Below, piece after piece: positions 40,727 to 51,398 of a stretch of DNA of 64,000 nucleotides. The stretch is from positions 4,848-68,847 of the forward strand of contig JAPOTT010000008.1 in assembly GCA_026709025.1 (NCBI GenBank), given 5' to 3'. How positions within the stretch are numbered: position 1 is the first letter of the stretch; every line of letters starts with the position of its first letter. The notes beneath the pieces were generated by a model that saw only the letters and a list, made by a program, of their open reading frames with translations, had not been told where the DNA came from and searched no databases. The position numbers were made by a program, and so were the translations under genes. The stretch comes from a bacterium. Its GTDB lineage: Bacteria; Actinomycetota; Acidimicrobiia; Acidimicrobiales; Bin134.

Positions 40727-42772
40727 ATGGTAAACCAACCAGAACTAGCCCCACAACCTGCCATTGCAGAACCCAGCAGTACAGAACCTGCCAATGTGAT
40801 CGCACCTGATCGGCCTCTGCGAGTAGCGGTGTTGGCCAAGCAGATCCCGGTGGTTGAGAACATGCAGTTAGGCCCCGACGGTCGCTTGGTGCGTGACGGC
40901 CTAGAGATGCACATGAACGACTACTGTCGCCGTGCTGTAGCCAAAGGCACTGAAATCGCCCATGCCAGCGGCGGCACGGTTACCATCTTCACCCTCGGCC
41001 CCCCGCTCGCTGAAAACGTGTGCCGCGAGGCAATCTTGTATGGGGTAAACAACGGCATTCATATTTGCGATCCTGCCTTCGCTGGTTCCGACACTTGGGC
41101 CACCGCCAAAGCCCTAGCCGCCGCCCTAAAGCGTTTCGGCCCTTACGACTTGGTGCTGATGGGCCGTAATTCGGTGGATGCCGATACCGGTCAGGTGCCG
41201 CCGCAGGTAGCGGAGATGCTGGACTTACCGTTTGCTACCGGTGTGCGCTACTTCTCACTGCAAGGCGACCAAGCCCAACTACGCCTCGAACATGACGATC
41301 AATGGGTGGATGTATCGGTGCAACTGCCAGCGGTGCTGTCTTGTGCCGAACGACTGTGCGACCCCTGCAAAATCAAAGACCCAACAGCTTGGGCCACCGT
41401 TGATACTGCTCTAATTCAAACCGTGAGCGCTGCCGAACTCGGCGATGGACCTTGGGGTCAAGCTGCTAGCCCCACCTCAGTTGGCCCGGTACACACCATA
41501 CAGGTGCAACGCCAGCGCCAAATGCTCACTGGCACCCTGGAAGAACAAGCAGACCAAGCAGTAACACTGTTAACTCAGATGGGTGCCTTAGATGACACTC
41601 CCACCCACACCGCTGACACTGTGGTGGATTCACGCAGGGTGGATACACACGGGAACGCAATTCCATCACAGCCAACAAACCCAACCCAACCAAACAGCAC
41701 CCTGAGCGGCCCAGCAGTTGGCCCAGCAGTTACGGTGCTAATAGAACCCGGGCGAGACCGCATCAACAAAGAGCTTTTGGGCACAGCCGCGGCACTAGCA
41801 GCCAAGATTGACGGATGGGTGGCGGCGATAGGCCCAAACCTAGATGAAACCAACTCAGATTTAGGCCAATGGGGTGCAGATCAACAAATCAGCATCAATG
41901 CAAGCGCAACTGGCAACATCACCGACACCGTCACTGCCAACGCACCTAGCAACATGGTTAACAAAAACCCAGCTACACAACCCACACCACAAGACATAGC
42001 CTCTGTAATTAGCACTTGGGCTAACAACACGCAGCCGTGGGCAGTGCTGGCAGCTGGTACTGCTTGGGGCCGAGAGGTGGCAGCGCGCATGTCTGCCACC
42101 CTCAACGCCGGGCTAACCGGCGATGCTGTAGAGCTAAAAACAAACACCGAGGGCAGGCTGATTGCTCTAAAACCCGCATTTGGAGGCCAGATGGTGGCCG
42201 AAATCCTGTGCTCCTCGCCCATTCAGATGGCCACGGTGCGCCCGGGAGTGCTGCCGCTGCTTGCCCCAAACCCAAACCGTCCCAAAACACACCGTGCCTC
42301 GCTAACCTCACCGCAAAACAGCCGACTCAAGGTGATTGCTACACATCAAGAAGACGACAGCAACGAGCTAGCCAACGCTGCGGTGGTGATCGGCGTGGGT
42401 CAAGGGGTTGACCCAAACGATTACCCCATCCTAGAAACACACCGAGTGGCTATCGGAGCTGCTATTTGTGCTACCCGCAAGGTAACCGATTACGGCTGGA
42501 TGCCTCGTGCCCGTCAAGTGGGCATTACCGGTCATAGCATCAGCCCGCAGCTATATTTGGCCATCGGCACCAGCGGCAAGTTCAACCACACCGTAGGGGT
42601 GCGTAATGCAGGAACTATCCTGGGTATCAACCCCGATCCCCAAGCCCCGTTGTGGGATGTTGCAGATATCGGCATTGTGGGCGACTGGGCCCAAGTGTTT
42701 GCTGTGTTGATACCTCGTTTAGCAAAAGCTCAATCCTCCAATACCCTCAATCCTCCAATACCACTGTCATAA
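40727..42772 (+). CDS. Fused electron transfer flavoprotein beta/alpha
   Basis: N-half KQIP, AGSDTWATA, GRNSVDADTGQV (beta); C-half KPAFGG, ATVRPG, QVGITG, GTSGKFNH (alpha). Start uncertain (40673/40715/40727). Confidence 0.88.
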   Translation: MVNQPELAPQPAIAEPSSTEPANVIAPDRPLRVAVLAKQIPVVENMQLGPDGRLVRDGLEMHMNDYCRRAVAKGTEIAHASGGTVTIFTLGPPLAENVCREAILYGVNNGIHICDPAFAGSDTWATAKALAAALKRFGPYDLVLMGRNSVDADTGQVPPQVAEMLDLPFATGVRYFSLQGDQAQLRLEHDDQWVDVSVQLPAVLSCAERLCDPCKIKDPTAWATVDTALIQTVSAAELGDGPWGQAASPTSVGPVHTIQVQRQRQMLTGTLEEQADQAVTLLTQMGALDDTPTHTADTVVDSRRVDTHGNAIPSQPTNPTQPNSTLSGPAVGPAVTVLIEPGRDRINKELLGTAAALAAKIDGWVAAIGPNLDETNSDLGQWGADQQISINASATGNITDTVTANAPSNMVNKNPATQPTPQDIASVISTWANNTQPWAVLAAGTAWGREVAARMSATLNAGLTGDAVELKTNTEGRLIALKPAFGGQMVAEILCSSPIQMATVRPGVLPLLAPNPNRPKTHRASLTSPQNSRLKVIATHQEDDSNELANAAVVIGVGQGVDPNDYPILETHRVAIGAAICATRKVTDYGWMPRARQVGITGHSISPQLYLAIGTSGKFNHTVGVRNAGTILGINPDPQAPLWDVADIGIVGDWAQVFAVLIPRLAKAQSSNTLNPPIPLS

Positions 42773-42776
42773 CCAA

Positions 42777-43550
42777 ATGACCACCACCGACACACCAGCC
42801 GATCAACCAGATCACCCGAATCAACCAGATCAACCAGATCAACCAGATCAAGCCAATCAAGCCGATCACCCAGATCAAGTAGCAGCATTGGTGCCCGCAG
42901 CCACTGTGGTGTTGTTGCGCGACGGCACTAACGGTTTGGAAACCCTTATGATGAGGCGCAACTCCAAGCTGAGCTTCGTGGGCGGTATGTGGGTGTTTCC
43001 AGGTGGTCGAGTAGACGATGCCGACTATCCCCCTAACAACCCCAGCGACGTATACACAGCTAGCCTCAACGCAGCAGTGCGTGAAGCAGCCGAAGAAGCC
43101 AACCTAACCATCCCCCCTGAACACCTAGTGCCCTACGCCCATTGGACACCACCTTTAGATTACCCCAAGCGCTTTGCCACTTGGTTCTTTTTGGCACCAG
43201 CACCACCGGGCGATGTCACCGTAGATGGAGGCGAGATACACGAACACGCTTGGTGGGCACCCAAAGAAACGCTAGCCCTTCATGCTGCTGGCGAAATTGA
43301 GATGTTGGCACCCACCTACATAACCCTTATGGAGCTTGCTCAACAACCCGACACAAAAACCGCCCTAGCTTCGGCTCGCAACCGGGCCGACAACATTCCC
43401 CACTACGCCACCCACACAGCACATGCCGCCGATCATCCCGTAGCGCTGTGGCAACAAGATGCGGGCTACGACTCTTACGATGCAGATGCTGTAGGGCCGC
43501 GACATCGCCTAGCCATGAAACCTGGTGGCTGGCGGTTTGAACAAACATGA
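42777..43550 (+). CDS. NUDIX hydrolase
   Basis: PAATVVLLRD, WVFPGGRVD, AAVREAAEEA, HWTPP...RFATWFF; N-terminal DQP repeats. Confidence 0.88.
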   Translation: MTTTDTPADQPDHPNQPDQPDQPDQANQADHPDQVAALVPAATVVLLRDGTNGLETLMMRRNSKLSFVGGMWVFPGGRVDDADYPPNNPSDVYTASLNAAVREAAEEANLTIPPEHLVPYAHWTPPLDYPKRFATWFFLAPAPPGDVTVDGGEIHEHAWWAPKETLALHAAGEIEMLAPTYITLMELAQQPDTKTALASARNRADNIPHYATHTAHAADHPVALWQQDAGYDSYDADAVGPRHRLAMKPGGWRFEQT

Positions 43551-43554
43551 GCAC

Positions 43555-44922
43555 ATGAACCGCCAACGGCTAGCTACTTTAGCCTTGCTGGTTATCCTCA
43601 GCACGACAGTTGTGGCTTGTGGGTCTGAATCCACCAGCGTTGCCCCACCAACCCGTATCACCAGCACAGCTGCGCCCGTCCCTGCGCCAACACTAAACCT
43701 AACCCCAACCTCAGCCCCACCGCTGCCTGCTAGCTCTAGTACGTTTGCATATCCAGTATTTCAGCCCACTGGAAACCGCCTGGCCCCAGGGTCGGGATTG
43801 GCAACGGGCTTCATAGAGGAGATCACCACCAAAGATATAGAACTAGGCGGCACCCCCACATGGATAACCGGTGCTAGCACCCCAGAAGGCGATGTGTGGG
43901 TTGTGGCTCTAGACGATGGCTCAACCAAAAGCTACCTGATACCAATCGGCGCTCAACCCATTCCCCTAGATATCCAAAGTGCTTACTTAAAACCAGACCA
44001 ACCTCCGGTGTTAGCCATTACGGGAAACACGGTTAGCTTGGCCACCACGCCCGCAAACGCATCGCCCAACAGCGTGCCGGTGCATCTAGCCGGACAGCGC
44101 ACCGCCTACATAGACAACCTACAGCGCCTCACCGTGCTAGAACCCGATGGCAGCTTATGGCAACCCGATGTGAAGGTGCTGCCCGACAGCAGACTAGTGC
44201 AGCTAAACGACAACCAAATTCTGGCGCTGGCTGACCCAAGCAGTCGACATCCCTACTCCACTCTAGGCGATGAGCTAGAAGCCACAACCGTGGTGGTGCT
44301 AACCGTTGGGGTGAACGAGGTAAGCACCATCTACAACTCCGATGAAGCCGTAATTGAATCTATTGCCCCATTGCTAGCCGACGTTGATGGCGATCAGACA
44401 ACCGATGTGGCTCTCACCATAAGCAACGATACGCACACTTGGTCGGTGGTTGTGTCTACCTCTGGCCAAGGAGTATTAGCGCAAAGCGAACCAACAGATC
44501 GATTGCTGGGCTGGCGCCAAATCATCGCAGTAGGGCCCCTCGGCCCCAACAATGAAACCCAACTCGCAGAGGTACTGCATCCCGACGGACAAGGCTCGTT
44601 GTTGTTCATGCAACAACAAGACAACCAACTGCGCGTGGCGGCATCGCTAGAGGGGTACCGTTCCCACGAGTTTGGCTCTCGCAACCTTGAACAAGCTGTA
44701 GCTGCCGATATAGACAGAGATGGTCACACCGAGGTGATACTACCCACCTTAGATCGCCAAAACATTGCCGGGGTGCGCCACAGCCCCCAAGGTGCGGTTG
44801 AGGTATGGAGGCGCTCGATGGGTGGAACCTTGGCCACCAACATCGCTGTGCTGCAACGCCCCGACGGCACCTTATCTTTAGCAGCAGCCAACAAACAGGG
44901 CTCGCTTAGGATATGGCAGTGA
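43555..44922 (+). CDS. Lipoprotein with FG-GAP/DxDxDG-like repeats
   Basis: Lipobox VVAC; LADVDGDQTTDV and AADIDRDGHTEV motifs. Confidence 0.65.
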   Translation: MNRQRLATLALLVILSTTVVACGSESTSVAPPTRITSTAAPVPAPTLNLTPTSAPPLPASSSTFAYPVFQPTGNRLAPGSGLATGFIEEITTKDIELGGTPTWITGASTPEGDVWVVALDDGSTKSYLIPIGAQPIPLDIQSAYLKPDQPPVLAITGNTVSLATTPANASPNSVPVHLAGQRTAYIDNLQRLTVLEPDGSLWQPDVKVLPDSRLVQLNDNQILALADPSSRHPYSTLGDELEATTVVVLTVGVNEVSTIYNSDEAVIESIAPLLADVDGDQTTDVALTISNDTHTWSVVVSTSGQGVLAQSEPTDRLLGWRQIIAVGPLGPNNETQLAEVLHPDGQGSLLFMQQQDNQLRVAASLEGYRSHEFGSRNLEQAVAADIDRDGHTEVILPTLDRQNIAGVRHSPQGAVEVWRRSMGGTLATNIAVLQRPDGTLSLAAANKQGSLRIWQ

Positions 44923-47312
44923 CCACGAATAGCCCTGACAACCCTACAAGCCTCGACCCACATCAGGGTCTCACGCAACAACAGGTGGCCGAACGACAAG
45001 CTAGCGGTCAAACCAACCAAGTACCCGATGCCCCAGTTCGTAGCCTGTCGCAGATACTGCGAGCCAACGTATTTTCCCCAGTAAACGGCATCATGTTGGT
45101 TTTGTTTGCCGCCATCTTAATTGCAGGCCACCCCCGAGACAGCCTCTTTGTGGGGGTTGTGCTATCCAACGCCATTATTGGAGTAGCTCAAGAAATAAGA
45201 GCGAAACGAGAACTAGATCGTTTGGCTGTGCTGAGTGCTCCTAAGGCGAAGGTGGTGCGAGATGGCAAAGTCTTAGAACTCAACATAAGCGAGGTGGTGG
45301 CCGATGAGGTGCTAGAGCTTGCCCCCGGAGATCAGGTAGTGGTGGATGGCCGTGTGCTCATATCATCAGGCTTGGAGGCCGACGAATCGCTGCTCACCGG
45401 TGAGGCCGACCCCATCGATAAACTACCGGGCGATGAGGTGCTTTCTGGCAGCTTCGTGGCCGCAGGCAGTGGCCGTTTCCAAGCAACCCGTATAGGAACA
45501 GCTTCCTACGCTACCTCGCTTGCAGAAGAAGCCCGACGCTTCACTCTGGTGAACAGCGAACTGCGTCGCGGCATCAACACCGTGCTGCGTTGGCTCATCA
45601 TAATAATTCCGCCTGCTTCGGCATTGTTGATCTTGGTTTTGCTAGATATAGAAGACCGTTGGCAAGAGGCACTGCAAGGCACCGTAGCTGCGGCGGTGGC
45701 CATGGTGCCAGATGGCTTGGTGCTGCTCACCAGCTTGTCTTTTGTAGCAGGTGTGGTGGCTCTGGCCCGCCGCAAAGCCCTAGCCAAAGAACTAGCCACC
45801 GTAGAACTATTGGCCCGAACCGATGTGCTGTGTCTAGACAAAACAGGCACCATCACCACCGGACAAATCAGCTTTGGATCTCTAGAGGTTCTAGGTTCAA
45901 CAGACACAGACATAACCACAGACGCAGGCACCGCTTCTTTCGCCTTATCTGCTATGGCTCACGCCGACCAAGCCCCCAACGCCACAATGCTGGCTGTGCG
46001 CGATGCCTACCCCGCCCCTGAGTTGCTGCCCGCATCTAGCGAGCAATGGCAGGCAACCAACGCCGTTGCTTTTTCTAGTGCTCGCAAATGGTCTGCTATG
46101 GAGTTTGCAGAGCACGGCACCTATTACTTCGGCGCACCAGATGTGCTGGCCCAAAACCAGCCTGCGGTTATGCAAAGCGTGGCCGAACATGCATCTTTGG
46201 GTCGGCGAACCTTGCTGTTGGCCCACAGCACCGAGCCCCTCACAGATGAAAAGCTATCTCCGCGCTGTGAACCCATTGCCCTTGTATGCCTAGAAGACAC
46301 CATCCGCCACGATGCTCCCGAGATACTGTCTTACTTTGAGCGCCAAGGTGTGAGCCTCAAGGTAATCTCAGGCGACCACACAGAAACAGTGGCCGCGGTA
46401 GCCCAACGTGCTGGCATCCCCAACGCACAAGCCAGCATGGATGCACGAGAACTCCCAGAAGACCTCACACAGATGGCCGATGCTTTGGCTGCACACTCAG
46501 TATTTGGCAGGGTCACCCCCCGTCAAAAGCAATCTATGGTGAAAGCGCTGCAATCTAAGGGTCACACCGTTGCTATGACCGGCGATGGTGTGAACGATGT
46601 GCTTGCCCTCAAAAATGCCGACATGGGCATCGCTATGGGCAGCGGCTCAGCTTCCACGCGGGCGGTGGCACAGCTTGTGCTGCTAGACAACTCCTTTGCC
46701 ACCTTGCCCGAGGTGCTAGCTCAGGGTCGCAAGGTGATCAACAACGTGGAACGGGTGGCAAACCTGTTTGTTACCAAAGCCTGCTATGCGGTGCTGCTTA
46801 GCATCATGGTGGGCCTTTTCACGGTGGAGTATCCCTTCTTGCCACGTCATTTAACCTTGGTGGGAACTTTCTCCATCGGCCTGCCTGGGCTGTTCTTGGC
46901 GCTTGCACCTAGCACCGAGCTAATCCGTGCAGGGTTCTTGCGGCGGGTGCTTCAGTTCTCGGTTCCTGCGGGTATGTTGGCCGCATCAGCAGCCTTTTTT
47001 GCCTACGAGATAGCCCGTCGTCACCAAGAGGTCACCTTGGCCGAGGCTCGTACTGTGGCAACGCTCACCTTGTTGAGTGTGGGGCTGGTAATTCTGGTGG
47101 TTGTGAGCCGACCGTTGCGCCCGTGGAAAATCGGCTTGGCTACAGGCATGGCTGGCTCCTACTTGTTGGTGATGGTGTGGCCGTTTGCCCGCAACTTCTT
47201 TGAACTTGACGCTCCCCCAGCGTGGATGTGGGGCCCAACCGCAGCTGTGGTTGCCATAGCCGCTGCCGGGGTGATCACAATTCCTCGGGCTCTACGGCGT
47301 TACCAAACATAA
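44913..47312 (+). CDS. Cation-transporting P-type ATPase (CtpE-like)
   Basis: LTGEAD, MVPDGL, DKTGT, ISGD, GDGVND. Confidence 0.9.
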   Translation: MAVTTNSPDNPTSLDPHQGLTQQQVAERQASGQTNQVPDAPVRSLSQILRANVFSPVNGIMLVLFAAILIAGHPRDSLFVGVVLSNAIIGVAQEIRAKRELDRLAVLSAPKAKVVRDGKVLELNISEVVADEVLELAPGDQVVVDGRVLISSGLEADESLLTGEADPIDKLPGDEVLSGSFVAAGSGRFQATRIGTASYATSLAEEARRFTLVNSELRRGINTVLRWLIIIIPPASALLILVLLDIEDRWQEALQGTVAAAVAMVPDGLVLLTSLSFVAGVVALARRKALAKELATVELLARTDVLCLDKTGTITTGQISFGSLEVLGSTDTDITTDAGTASFALSAMAHADQAPNATMLAVRDAYPAPELLPASSEQWQATNAVAFSSARKWSAMEFAEHGTYYFGAPDVLAQNQPAVMQSVAEHASLGRRTLLLAHSTEPLTDEKLSPRCEPIALVCLEDTIRHDAPEILSYFERQGVSLKVISGDHTETVAAVAQRAGIPNAQASMDARELPEDLTQMADALAAHSVFGRVTPRQKQSMVKALQSKGHTVAMTGDGVNDVLALKNADMGIAMGSGSASTRAVAQLVLLDNSFATLPEVLAQGRKVINNVERVANLFVTKACYAVLLSIMVGLFTVEYPFLPRHLTLVGTFSIGLPGLFLALAPSTELIRAGFLRRVLQFSVPAGMLAASAAFFAYEIARRHQEVTLAEARTVATLTLLSVGLVILVVVSRPLRPWKIGLATGMAGSYLLVMVWPFARNFFELDAPPAWMWGPTAAVVAIAAAGVITIPRALRRYQT

Positions 47313-47383
47313 GCTCCCCAAGCCACACACGTTCAGCCACACACGTTCAGCTAACCACTGTGCCAGCCACTACAGTACAAAGC

Positions 47384-48325
47384 ATGAAAGCAGTAGGCGT
47401 AAACAACTTTGGCGGCCCGGAAGCCCTAGAGGTAGTGGAATTGCCCACCCCAACACCTGGGCCCGGTGAGCTGCTAATGAGGGTACACGCTGCGGCGGTC
47501 AACCCTGCCGATACCCACTTGCGTTCGGGTTCCAACACAAGAAGGCGAACACAAGATAGCTCGCCGCCTTACGTACCTGGCATGGATGCGGCTGGAGTGG
47601 TAAACCAAATCGGCGAGAACACCCAAACCGATTTGCAGGTTGGAGATCAGGTGATGGCTATCGTGGTTCCCCTAAACCAACACGGGGCCTACTCTGAGTA
47701 CCTCGCCTTACCTGCAGAGTCGGTCACCAAGATACCTCAAGGTGTCTCTTTCGCAGAGGCCAGCACCCTGCCAATGAACGGGCTAACCGCTAGGTTAAGT
47801 TTGGATCAGCTAGCGCTAGAGCCCGGCCAAACACTAGCTGTTACTGGTGCAGCAGGCTGCTACGGGGGTTACGTGGTGGAGCTAGCCAAAGCCGAAGGTT
47901 TGCAAGTAATTGCCGATGCTTCGGAGGCCGACGAGGGTTTGGTGGCCTCTTTTGGTGCCGATGTGATTGTGCGCCGTGGCCCCGATGTGGCCGAGCGAAT
48001 CCGCCAACACGCCCCAGATGGGGTAGACGGCTTAGCCGACGGGTCGGTGCAAATGGAACCCCTTGTTGCGGCGGTAAGAGACGGCGGAGGTTTTGCTTCG
48101 GTGCGTGGCTGGAAAGGCAACGCAGAGCGCAACATCGTATTCCATGAAACTTGGGTGGCTCAGTACCAAAAAGAACAAGCCAAGCTAGACCGGCTGCGTC
48201 AACAAGCCGAAGACGGGCAAATAACCCTGCGAGTGGCAGGCATAGTGCCAAAAGAAAACGCAGCCGAAGCCCACGCCCGCCTAGAAGCAGGCGGCACCCG
48301 CGGCCGCTGGATAATCCAACTCTAA
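47384..48325 (+). CDS. NADP-dependent oxidoreductase (MDR/quinone oxidoreductase)
   Basis: MKAV...FGGPEAL, AAAVNPAD, PGMDAAG, TGAAG. Confidence 0.88.
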   Translation: MKAVGVNNFGGPEALEVVELPTPTPGPGELLMRVHAAAVNPADTHLRSGSNTRRRTQDSSPPYVPGMDAAGVVNQIGENTQTDLQVGDQVMAIVVPLNQHGAYSEYLALPAESVTKIPQGVSFAEASTLPMNGLTARLSLDQLALEPGQTLAVTGAAGCYGGYVVELAKAEGLQVIADASEADEGLVASFGADVIVRRGPDVAERIRQHAPDGVDGLADGSVQMEPLVAAVRDGGGFASVRGWKGNAERNIVFHETWVAQYQKEQAKLDRLRQQAEDGQITLRVAGIVPKENAAEAHARLEAGGTRGRWIIQL

Positions 48326-48358
48326 CCCCCAGCACTCCCCTGCTAGAACTGCTAGAGA

Positions 48359-49522
48359 TCAAGAAGCCAGCTGCCATCGGTTTCTGCGGCTGCGGGGATT
48401 CGACTCTGTGGCACGCACTAAGCCGCTGTCAGACATAATCCGTAACCATCGCAATACAGCTTGCTGAGAAATGCCCATACCCAAAGCCAGTTCGCTGGAA
48501 CGATGCGGGCCATCCGTTAGAAACTGAAGTATTTGTTGCTCGCGCTCAGATAAATCATCAGACACCGAAACCGAAGTAGTACCAGCCCTACGCGATGCTG
48601 TGGCCTGCTCGTTGTCCAGTAGATCACCGCGGTTCATAACAACACGCATCTCCGAAATGTTGTCGAACACTTCCAAAGCAGGCATGTTTGCTTGACGCAA
48701 AGCTGCTACTGCGGCGCGTAGACCAGACCCCCTGTTCTCACATACCGGGCGACCAGAGCCGGGGATTACAACATCTTCTAGCAGCTTCGCAAGTCGAGTA
48801 TTGCGCGTCGCTGTGACACCTCGCCTAATAAGTTCATCTACGTCGATCTGCCCAGCGTTCGGGCCATGTAAACCACCGATATTGGCAACCTCTAGTCGAT
48901 CTGGATAGAGGGTAATACGAACATGGCTACCATGAGCTGTCGGATGATAGTCACGATGAGTTAAGGCGTTAGCCACAATCTCCCGAACCGCTTCTGTTGG
49001 ATAATCCCAAATATCAGACCGTCCTGCCCCAATGATAATGGAACGTCTTCGCATATTATGGCGCAGGGCATCAAGCGCACCCGACACTATGGCAGGAATC
49101 GGCCCGTCCAAAGGCCGATTGTCAAGAAACCGTGTTCCATCTGCGGTTGGCTCTCCGCTAATGGTGGGCAACGCCACAAAAGAAGCACTTAGTTGAGGGA
49201 AGAACTGCTGAGGGTAACGCCCAAGACCAAGCAAGCCAGCCAACGTAACCGGAGCATCATCCTTCGGCGCAGTCAACACTCCAAGCATGTGAAGAACCTC
49301 GCTGTCTGTAGCATGCTGAAAGACAGGGCCACGGCGCTCCCGCAGCCTGTGGAGCAATGCCGCTGTCAACTCTGAGTTGAGGTCGCCGAGACGAGCATCC
49401 TCTACTGTAGCCATATCGTCCTCGGGCTGTCCTCTGCCCGACACCATGATCCGCAAACGCGCCACAGTAGAATCCAGAACCTCTTGCAATGGGCAGGCAG
49501 CCAACGCTGATGTCTTTTCCAT
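48359..49522 (-). CDS. RecG-C-terminal/HATPase-like + HTH protein, apparently lacking the N-terminal AlbA_2 (Schlafen-like) domain
   Basis: YPQQFFP, DYPTEAVREIVANALTHRDY, RN..LAKLL, ENRGSG, C-terminal wHTH. Confidence 0.7.
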   Translation of the reverse strand: MEKTSALAACPLQEVLDSTVARLRIMVSGRGQPEDDMATVEDARLGDLNSELTAALLHRLRERRGPVFQHATDSEVLHMLGVLTAPKDDAPVTLAGLLGLGRYPQQFFPQLSASFVALPTISGEPTADGTRFLDNRPLDGPIPAIVSGALDALRHNMRRRSIIIGAGRSDIWDYPTEAVREIVANALTHRDYHPTAHGSHVRITLYPDRLEVANIGGLHGPNAGQIDVDELIRRGVTATRNTRLAKLLEDVVIPGSGRPVCENRGSGLRAAVAALRQANMPALEVFDNISEMRVVMNRGDLLDNEQATASRRAGTTSVSVSDDLSEREQQILQFLTDGPHRSSELALGMGISQQAVLRWLRIMSDSGLVRATESNPRSRRNRWQLAS

Positions 49523-49561
49523 AAGACAAATGCTACAACTTACTTACAACTTTGCTGCAAC

Positions 49562-49753
49562 CTACTTGCACTCTAAGAACTCCACCGCCACAGGAAAACG
49601 CCCACTCACGATTACCTCTAGGTAGTCATTGCGAGCCCACGAAGACTGTCCAAACTTTGTCTCGGTGAGATTGAACATCACATCAACAGGGTTATACCGC
49701 TCGTTGTGCTCCATCTCTGCTCTGGTCAAACCGTGCATCCAAACTCGAATCAA
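49562..49753 (-). pseudogene. Probable C-terminal gene fragment, unknown family
   Basis: 63-aa protein-like ORF with no RBS in an accessory patch. Confidence 0.3.
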
Positions 49754-49825
49754 GCGCCCTGTACCTGGCCAAGTAGCTGCCTGTTGAGCCGCCCGAACCG
49801 ACCCTGTGACGATAAACCGCCCAGG

Positions 49826-49917
49826 TAAATCCTATATCTGCCGGCTTCTTAATCCCATGATTACGGGAGTTTTATTCCTGAAATTGACGTGGGTTTAATC
49901 CCATAATTGCCGAGCTG
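49826..49917. repeat. Four degenerate direct repeats with exact 23-bp period
   Basis: TAAATCCTATATCTGCCG, TTAATCCCATGATTACGG, TTATTCCTGAAATTGACG and TTAATCCCATAATTGCCG starting at 49826, 49849, 49872 and 49895. Confidence 0.65.
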
Positions 49918-49950
49918 TGTGTCGAGGGGTAATCGCCCTACAGCAGGCTG

Positions 49951-51321
49951 CTAGACGGTGGCGAGGGTGGGCACTTGGGATAAGGCCGCGGCCAAAGCCT
50001 CCTCGCTGAGGTCTAGATCCACCATTGCACCTGAGAGGTAGCTCTCATAAGCGGCTAAATCTAGGTGGCCATGACCGCACATAGCGGTGAGGATCACCTT
50101 GGATTCGCCAGATTCCTTACAGGCCAGAGCTTCCCGCACCGCGGCGGCGATGGCGTGGGTGGGTTCTGGTGCAGGCACAATACCCTCGGTGCGAGCAAAC
50201 TGAAGACCCGCCGCAAAGCACTCCGACTGCGAGATGGACACCGCCTCCACCAAACCCAAATCGTAGATGTGCGACACCAACGGCGACATGCCGTGATAGC
50301 GCAAACCACCAGCATGAATGGGGTCGGGAATGAAGCTGTGACCTAAGGTGTGCATCTTCAACAAGGGGGTCATCTGAGCAGTGTCGCCAAAATCGTAGCG
50401 GTACTCACCCTTTGTCAACGTGGGACAAGCTGCCGGTTCCACGCAACGAACCGTTGGGTTCATGCGCCCCGCTAGCTTCTCCCGCAAAAAGGGAAACGAC
50501 AGCCCCCCAAAGTTAGAACCACCACCGGTACATCCCACCAACACATCAGGGGTTTCACCTACCAAAGCTAGCTGCTTGAGGGCCTCTTCGCCGATGATGG
50601 TTTGGTGCAACAACACGTGGTTCAAAACGCTGCCTAAGGCATAGCGCGTGTTGGGGTCTGCGCCAGCAACAGCCACCGCCTCGCTAATAGCAATGCCCAG
50701 CGAACCATCGTGATCTGGGTTCTCGGCACGCAGCTTACGCCCGTAATCTGTTACATCCGACGGGCTGGAATGCACCTTAGCGCCCCATATCTCCATCATG
50801 GTTTTACGGTAAGGCTTTTGACGATAAGACGCTGCCACCTGCCACACCTCACAAGCCATGTTGTACTGAGCACAGGCAAACGCCAGAGCACTCCCCCACT
50901 GTCCGGCTCCAGTTTCAGTGGTAAGGCGAGATACCCCCTCTTGGTGGTTGTAGTAAGCCTGAGGCACCGCTGTGTTGGGCTTGTGAGACCCTGCGGGGCT
51001 GACACCTTCATACTTGTAGAAGATCTTGGCTGGGGTGTCTAAGGCTTTTTCTAACCTTCTAGCCCGAAATAATGGGCTGGGTCTCCACAAACGCAGCACA
51101 TCCAACACGCCACCGGGAATATCCACATAAGACTCACCGGTAACCTCCTGCATGATTAGCTCCATCGGGAACAACGGAGCCAGATCGTCTGGCCCGGCAG
51201 GCTCTAGGGTTCCCGGATGTAGCGGCGGAGGGGGCGGCGATGGCAGGTCGGGAATGATGTTGTACCACTGCGTGGGCAACTCAGAATCTGCCAAACTCAC
51301 CCGATAATAATCTTCAGCCAT
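49951..51321 (-). CDS. trpB2: TrpB-like PLP-dependent enzyme (TrpB2)
   Basis: [42 protein letters not shown]; AAGGAG RBS. Confidence 0.93.
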   Translation of the reverse strand: MAEDYYRVSLADSELPTQWYNIIPDLPSPPPPPLHPGTLEPAGPDDLAPLFPMELIMQEVTGESYVDIPGGVLDVLRLWRPSPLFRARRLEKALDTPAKIFYKYEGVSPAGSHKPNTAVPQAYYNHQEGVSRLTTETGAGQWGSALAFACAQYNMACEVWQVAASYRQKPYRKTMMEIWGAKVHSSPSDVTDYGRKLRAENPDHDGSLGIAISEAVAVAGADPNTRYALGSVLNHVLLHQTIIGEEALKQLALVGETPDVLVGCTGGGSNFGGLSFPFLREKLAGRMNPTVRCVEPAACPTLTKGEYRYDFGDTAQMTPLLKMHTLGHSFIPDPIHAGGLRYHGMSPLVSHIYDLGLVEAVSISQSECFAAGLQFARTEGIVPAPEPTHAIAAAVREALACKESGESKVILTAMCGHGHLDLAAYESYLSGAMVDLDLSEEALAAALSQVPTLATV

Positions 51322-51337
51322 GCGCTTTCTCCTTACA

Positions 51338-51395
51338 AGATATGGTCAGAACAGATATGGTCAGAACAGTTATGTTCAGAACAAATTGTGGTCAG
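51338..51395. repeat. 15-bp tandem repeat about x4 (AGATATGGTCAGAAC)
   Basis: Fills the Rdx-trpB2 intergenic gap. Confidence 0.9.
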
Positions 51396-51398
51396 AGC

